Origin: an uncultured virus (IMG/VR IMGVR_UViG_3300017991_000099)
Lineage: Duplodnaviria > Heunggongvirae > Uroviricota > Caudoviricetes
IMG/VR virus record: IMGVR_UViG_3300017991_000099
DNA: 20,000 nt
Direction: 5' to 3' (one strand)
Part shown: positions 14,846 to 20,000 of the stretch, in pieces
How positions within the stretch are numbered: position 1 is the stretch's first letter
How the letters are laid out: each line of letters opens with the position of its first letter
Translations under genes and position numbers: made by a program
The notes under the pieces: generated by a model
Databases searched by the model: none
Told to the model about the DNA's origin: nothing
The model's input: the letters and a program-made list of their open reading frames with translations, nothing else

Positions 14846-14919
14846 TTTATATTGGGTGTCAAATTTGTATTTTTAAAAAATTTTGCAGATTTTATAGGAA
14901 ATTGGAGCACTTTGATACA
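14846..14919 (+). repeat. 74-bp imperfect direct repeat, copy 1
   Basis: Aligns with 17695-17768; exact 19-bp core AAAAAATTTTGCAGATTTT (14875-14893). Confidence 0.85.
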
Positions 14920-14951
14920 TTAGATGTCATAGATGTATTAGGAGAGTTAAT

Positions 14952-17681
14952 ATGGAAAAGGAATTAAGGGATACTTCTGATTATTGCATAGAGTGTGGTA
15001 ATTTTCTTTCTAATAGGCATAGTAATCGTTGTTATGAATGTCGGCAAAAAAAAGAGAAAGAAAGGAAATTATTAAAGCAGTCGAACTTTTGTATCATTTG
15101 TGGGGCATCATTATCTGAATACAACATTAATTCAAAAAAGTGTAATCAGTGTAAGTCATATAAGAAGGTTAAAGATAAAAAGGTAAAGGTTAAAAAAAGA
15201 TCGTTTGAATATGATGGAATTTTATATAAGAGTATATCGGATTTTTATAGAAGAAAGAAAATATCAGATGTTTCTTGTGGTATATTTGTTGAATTATGCA
15301 ATAAGTGTGGATCTATTAATGGAGCCTTGAAGAAATTAGAAGAACGAAGGGAAAAGCATATAACAATAGAAAAATGCAATAAATTAGCAAATGATCGAGG
15401 AGGAAAATTTTTAAATATAGAAGTGAACGGTGCATATGATAAACTACAATGGCAGTGTCACAATGGCCATATATTTGAAAAGACATATTATGATGTATTT
15501 GTTCGTGGTTCCTGGTGTTCTCAATGTACATCTATATTTTATAAGGAAGAGTTGTGTCGAGCTATATTAGAGGCTTTGTTTGGCAGTCGATTTCCTAAGG
15601 GATTCTTTTTTGATTGGTTAGTAAATGATCATGGTAATCAAATGGAGTCTGACGGATATTGTAAGGAACATAATATAGCATTTGAATATCATGGGATACA
15701 ACATTTTAAGTCTGTAGGAAGATTTAAAAACAATCTTGAACAACGACAAAGGGACGATAAAAGAAGGGAAGAACTATATAAAGAACATGGAATTAAATAT
15801 ATAGAAATAACACACAGAGTAGCAAAACGAAATACTTTAAAGATAGATGAGAGGGTTAGAAGGATAAGGAAATATATTTTATTTGAGTGTAGCAGATTGG
15901 GGATTGAAGTACCCTATCCTGATGCTGAGATAGATGTTTCTAAAATATATACAGCAGATAAATGGAGGTATAAAGAAATAAAGGAAGATGTTGAAAGAAA
16001 CGGAATGCAATTAGAAAGTAAATTTTATATAGGCACAGATTCTAAATATGATTTAATTTGTAGCAATGGGCATAGATTTAGTTTATCTTATTCCCATTTA
16101 AAGAGGGAGAAGTTAGTTTGTCCTATATGTTTTGAAGAAGAGAGAATAAAGAAGGGGAATGAAAGGGTAAAGAGGGCGATTTTAGAGCATGGTGGTGAGA
16201 TAATTGAAGGTGAGTATAGGAGTGGTAAGAGCAAATTAATGATAAGGTGTAAGGAAGGTCATGAATGGGAGACAAGTTGTTACAGTATAATAAAAGGATC
16301 GTGGTGTTCTGAGTGTTATAATCCTGGTATTAAGGTTGATTATGCGGGTGAACATTTTGAAAATTTAGTTGAGTTTTGTTCTCATTTTTTTATTCGACAG
16401 GAAACGTTGCATAGATTAATGGAAATAGAAGGGTGGAATATAGAGAGGGCGGCTGATTATTTAATATATGGAATAGGGAAGAGGAAGGATAAAGAGTATA
16501 AATGTGAATTATGCGGGAAATTATTTTATATTAAGGCGGGTGCAAGCGGTAATAGAAAATATTGTATTGATTGTATAGAGAGGTCTAAAAAATTAAGATA
16601 CAAGAAATATGCCAAACAACAGAAGGAAGAGAGGCACAAAAGAAAGAAAGAAAAGGGATGGTTTTGTATAGAATGTGGTAAGGAAATAATTGGCATTGAT
16701 ATTCATGGTAGAAGGAAAACGTGTGATGATTGTAAAAACAGGGAAAGAAATGGATGCAAAAAATGGACAGAGGATGAAGATAAGATATTATTAGATAATG
16801 CTGACACTTTATCTACAGTAGAATTAGGAGAGTTATTACCAGGAAGGAGTATTGAAGCGATAGGAGTTCGAAGATTAAAATTGGGGATAAGATTGCGTGA
16901 GGAATCTATAGAATGGAGCAAAGATGAATTAGAGGTTATTAGAGAGCATGGATCTGAGATGTTTTGCGGTGAGCTTCAGGGGTTATTACCTAAGAGGAGT
17001 GTTGGAGCAATAGGGTTTAAGCGTAAGCAGATGGGCATTTATTTATCTGAGAGAAAGAAGAAGGAACAGCGTCGAGAATTGATTTTAAATTCTCAGGCTG
17101 TTACGAGAAAGTTAGATCATTCACTTACTTTAGAAGATTTAGATTACATAACTAAGCAGGTTTTATTAGGCAGTGTATTTGGAGGTGGATCTATATATGC
17201 TAAGGGTAGTAGTCATATATTATCGGTTGGTAGAGATAATGAGGCATATTTAGATTGGAAGATGTCTAGGTTATCTATATTTGAACCTAGAAGGAAGGGT
17301 AAGTTGAAGTTTGAGACACCTAAGCATTCTATATTTAGTTATTTATATTCCAGGGTATATTCTTGTGTTTCTAATAGGATGAAGCAGGTATTATTTCCGG
17401 TAGATTTATTGGATCAGTTGGGAGATTTGGGTTGGTTGGTGTGGTATTTGGATCAGGGATGTTATAATGCTGGGAATATGAATTTAAGTGTAGGCAGGGC
17501 GTTGGATTTTGGGAATATTTTGGATGAATTTGAGAGGTTTTATTCTGTTAGGTTAAAGAGGTCTAAAGGTCGTCAGAAGTTATTGTTAGGATCTGTTAGG
17601 GATATTATATTGCCTAGATTTTGTTCTATATTTAGGGAGTGTATGTTTCCTGGGAGTATTGGGTATAAGTTAGGTTTGTAG
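14952..17681 (+). CDS. Multi-domain homing-endonuclease-like protein: zinc ribbons, Vsr/PD-(D/E)XK-like nuclease, tandem Myb/SANT-like HTH repeats, degenerate LAGLIDADG domain
   Basis: CxxGH...WCxxC ribbons; EELCRAILE...ESDGY...AFEYHGIQH...RDDKR; KWTEDED...RSIEAI and EWSKDE...RSVGAI; VLLGSVFGGGSI and LVWYLDQG; AGGAG RBS. Confidence 0.8.
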   Translation: MEKELRDTSDYCIECGNFLSNRHSNRCYECRQKKEKERKLLKQSNFCIICGASLSEYNINSKKCNQCKSYKKVKDKKVKVKKRSFEYDGILYKSISDFYRRKKISDVSCGIFVELCNKCGSINGALKKLEERREKHITIEKCNKLANDRGGKFLNIEVNGAYDKLQWQCHNGHIFEKTYYDVFVRGSWCSQCTSIFYKEELCRAILEALFGSRFPKGFFFDWLVNDHGNQMESDGYCKEHNIAFEYHGIQHFKSVGRFKNNLEQRQRDDKRREELYKEHGIKYIEITHRVAKRNTLKIDERVRRIRKYILFECSRLGIEVPYPDAEIDVSKIYTADKWRYKEIKEDVERNGMQLESKFYIGTDSKYDLICSNGHRFSLSYSHLKREKLVCPICFEEERIKKGNERVKRAILEHGGEIIEGEYRSGKSKLMIRCKEGHEWETSCYSIIKGSWCSECYNPGIKVDYAGEHFENLVEFCSHFFIRQETLHRLMEIEGWNIERAADYLIYGIGKRKDKEYKCELCGKLFYIKAGASGNRKYCIDCIERSKKLRYKKYAKQQKEERHKRKKEKGWFCIECGKEIIGIDIHGRRKTCDDCKNRERNGCKKWTEDEDKILLDNADTLSTVELGELLPGRSIEAIGVRRLKLGIRLREESIEWSKDELEVIREHGSEMFCGELQGLLPKRSVGAIGFKRKQMGIYLSERKKKEQRRELILNSQAVTRKLDHSLTLEDLDYITKQVLLGSVFGGGSIYAKGSSHILSVGRDNEAYLDWKMSRLSIFEPRRKGKLKFETPKHSIFSYLYSRVYSCVSNRMKQVLFPVDLLDQLGDLGWLVWYLDQGCYNAGNMNLSVGRALDFGNILDEFERFYSVRLKRSKGRQKLLLGSVRDIILPRFCSIFRECMFPGSIGYKLGL

Positions 17682-17694
17682 GAAAAATTGGGTT

Positions 17695-17768
17695 TTTATA
17701 TTAGGGGTACGATTTATATTTGAAAAAAATTTTGCAGATTTTTGGGGAATTTGGGCTTGTTTGATACA
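17695..17768 (+). repeat. 74-bp imperfect direct repeat, copy 2
   Basis: Exact 19-bp core at 17724-17742; both copies end in TTTGATACA. Confidence 0.85.
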
Positions 17769-17836
17769 GATTTGCCCTTTTGAGTATTTTTTGATATTGT
17801 GGTTATATTATGATTAGGTCAGATATGGAGTAGATA

Positions 17837-19729
17837 ATGCACAATTTAAGAGTAGCCCGTATATCTTTGGTTGCGGATCGGCTTTATGTTGCTGGTGTGG
17901 CTGATCAATTACTGAGAAAATATCAAGGCAAGTATTCTGATTTGACGATTCAAGATATAAAGAAGCTAAGAGATACAGTTAAGGGTGTTATATCAAAGGG
18001 TATTTCGTATGATGGAGCCAAAATAGATATAGGCAAGAATGAGGATAAGATAGTAAAAGCTACTACGGATTTGATTTTATCTTCAAAGGGTAATTTAAAA
18101 GAAATTACATCTGACACGGGTATTATTTATGAGATTATAGATTGTGTGTCTATGCTTTCTGTTTTGTTATATTTACGGCGAAGATATCCTCGTTATTGGG
18201 ATAATGAGATGATCAAGTGGTTTAACAAGGATATCAGCAGTTTTAAGACGTTGAATAATTTGAAGAGGCATTTTGAGATACATAAGGATTTATTAGTAAA
18301 GGATGGTGATGGTCGTATTGCATTAAGGCCTGAGAAGAAGGGTCAGAGTAAAAAGCATAAGAGTGTTGATAGTTTGCCTACAGAAGCGAAGGTAGCGGGG
18401 TATATAATTAAGAGGATTGATAGTGAGGATCAGATACCGTCGCAGGATTGGACTGATTTGGAGTGTAAGAGAAAATATTGTATAACTACGAAGAATTATT
18501 TTGGTGAGTATGGTGGGCCTCCTTATTTTTGGGTATTAAAGAAGGATGGTGAGAAGTATGTACAGTATGGGATGATCATACCTAAAGGGCTGGAAGACGA
18601 TCCTGAACAAGCTTTAAGGAACGCAAATAACACGGGTATGATGGAACCTGAACTTATGGAAAAATTACGTCCATTTCTTGAGAAGATTGGAGTAAAGTCT
18701 ATAGGTGAGCATGGAATTATTTTAAAAGATCGATTTATAAAGAAATATAATGAAGAATTTTTCGAAACTGAAGAAGAAGAGGAGGAGGATAGGAAAGCAA
18801 AAGAGGAGGCTCTTTGGGGTTACAAGGGGTTAACGGAAAGAGATAAGTTAGCAATTTTAAGAACTCATGGGAATATGATTAAGCGTATAGAAAATCCAAG
18901 TGAGGAAATGCAATTAGCGGCTGTTAAGGAAGATATTTATGCGATAAGATATATTTTAGAAAAGGGTATTAAACCAAGCAAAGAAGTACAATTAGCGGCT
19001 GTTAAGAGATGGGGAGGTGCAATAGAATATATTTTAAAAAGTGGTATTAAGCTAAGTGAAGAGGTTCAATTAGCAGCGGTTAAGGAAAATGGAAATATAA
19101 TAAAACATATTTTAGAAAGCGGGATTAAGCCAAGTGAAGAGGTTCAATTAGCAGCGGTTAGGGAAAGTGGTGAGGCAATAAGATATATAGATAATCCAAT
19201 TGAGGAAGTACAATTAGCGGCGGTTAGGGAAAGAGGTAGTGCAATAAAATATATAGAGAATCCAAGTGAGGAAATGCAAATGGTGGCGATCAAGGAATCT
19301 GAGATGAATATAGAAAATATTAAGAATCCTACTGAGAAGGTTCAATTAATTACAGTGGTAAAAAATGCCAGCACTATTGCAGATATAAAGGATCCCAGTG
19401 AGGCGGTATTATTTGCGGCTGTTAAGAAGTATGGTCGAGTAATTAAGTATATTTTGGAGAATGGCATTAAGCCTAGCGAAAGAATATTATTACAGGCGGT
19501 TCGTGAAGATGGCAGGGATGGTCATGCGATTGAGGAGCCTGCGATCAAGTTTATATTAGATGCGGGAATTAAGCCTAGTGAAGAGATATTATTGGAGGCG
19601 GTTAAGGAAAATAAGGATGCGGTTAAATTTATATTAGAGGCTGGGATTAAGATACCGAAAAGTGTAAAGAAGCAGCACAAGTCTAAATGGAATACTGAGC
19701 CTTGGAAAGAGGGAGAGTTAGTCCATTAA
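17837..19729 (+). CDS. Large phage protein with C-terminal DUF4116-type helical repeats
   Basis: About 11 repeats of PSEEVQLAAVKExGxAIxYI; GGAG RBS. Confidence 0.85.
   Translation: MHNLRVARISLVADRLYVAGVADQLLRKYQGKYSDLTIQDIKKLRDTVKGVISKGISYDGAKIDIGKNEDKIVKATTDLILSSKGNLKEITSDTGIIYEIIDCVSMLSVLLYLRRRYPRYWDNEMIKWFNKDISSFKTLNNLKRHFEIHKDLLVKDGDGRIALRPEKKGQSKKHKSVDSLPTEAKVAGYIIKRIDSEDQIPSQDWTDLECKRKYCITTKNYFGEYGGPPYFWVLKKDGEKYVQYGMIIPKGLEDDPEQALRNANNTGMMEPELMEKLRPFLEKIGVKSIGEHGIILKDRFIKKYNEEFFETEEEEEEDRKAKEEALWGYKGLTERDKLAILRTHGNMIKRIENPSEEMQLAAVKEDIYAIRYILEKGIKPSKEVQLAAVKRWGGAIEYILKSGIKLSEEVQLAAVKENGNIIKHILESGIKPSEEVQLAAVRESGEAIRYIDNPIEEVQLAAVRERGSAIKYIENPSEEMQMVAIKESEMNIENIKNPTEKVQLITVVKNASTIADIKDPSEAVLFAAVKKYGRVIKYILENGIKPSERILLQAVREDGRDGHAIEEPAIKFILDAGIKPSEEILLEAVKENKDAVKFILEAGIKIPKSVKKQHKSKWNTEPWKEGELVH
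18880..19660 (+). repeat. Intragenic tandem repeats (22- and 26-codon units)
   Basis: Recurrent CCAAGTGARGA...CAATTAGCRGCKGTTARG at DNA level. Confidence 0.85.
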
Positions 19730-19767
19730 TTTTTAGTTTTTAGTTCTACTTTGGTTTGATACAGGTT

Positions 19768-20000
19768 TTAAGCGCAATCATCTCCACTACAACCTGATGG
19801 GCAGTTATATTGGATTATATCTGTTTCATAAAATCCACCAAGATCGACGCATGATGGTTCTGTTGAAAAATATCCACATTGATTAGTTGGAGGATCGCCG
19901 CCAAAACATCCGATTAGGTTTGTACAATTTGAATCTGTATATGAGCAGGTCCAATAAACATAATATCCAGCACCCACCCAAGGATTATACGAAGGCAATA
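19768..20000 (-). CDS. 3' end of a Cys/Gly/Tyr-rich protein, truncated by the window edge; possibly virion-exposed
   Basis: Open frame to the edge, 8 Cys in 76 aa, stop convergent with the 17837-19729 gene. Confidence 0.6.
   Translation of the reverse strand, partial: LPSYNPWVGAGYYVYWTCSYTDSNCTNLIGCFGGDPPTNQCGYFSTEPSCVDLGGFYETDIIQYNCPSGCSGDDCA

Overview
This window looks like part of a large (probably jumbo) bacteriophage genome. Positions 1-14.6 kb are an early/host-takeover-type region of about 45 short genes. Most sit in their own expression unit opened by a rigidly spaced bipartite motif, GWTACR-AAAWAAT-N11-TTGTHTATA (about 31 copies on +, about 8 on -), followed by an ACAAGGGAGA-type RBS. 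Recognisable cargo includes DUF3846, a HAD (Swiss-Army-Knife type), a SWIM finger, a metallophosphoesterase, two bL12-CTD-like proteins, an ArdC-like protein and many zinc-finger mini-proteins. Three non-coding layers are tied to the motif: (i) a covarying 5' hairpin with an AAWRRR hexaloop starting 12 nt after the TTG; (ii) three copies of an ORF-less ~50-nt minus-strand element with a variable loop, also starting 12 nt after a TTG; (iii) four back-to-back motif pairs spaced exactly 66 bp apart. At ~14.7 kb the motif disappears and strand composition flips. A 909-aa multi-domain endonuclease-like protein with an apparently inactive LAGLIDADG domain follows, flanked by a 74-bp imperfect direct repeat. 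It is followed by a 630-aa DUF4116-type repeat protein and the 3' end of a Cys-rich minus-strand gene. All family assignments come from motif recognition by eye, not from database searches.
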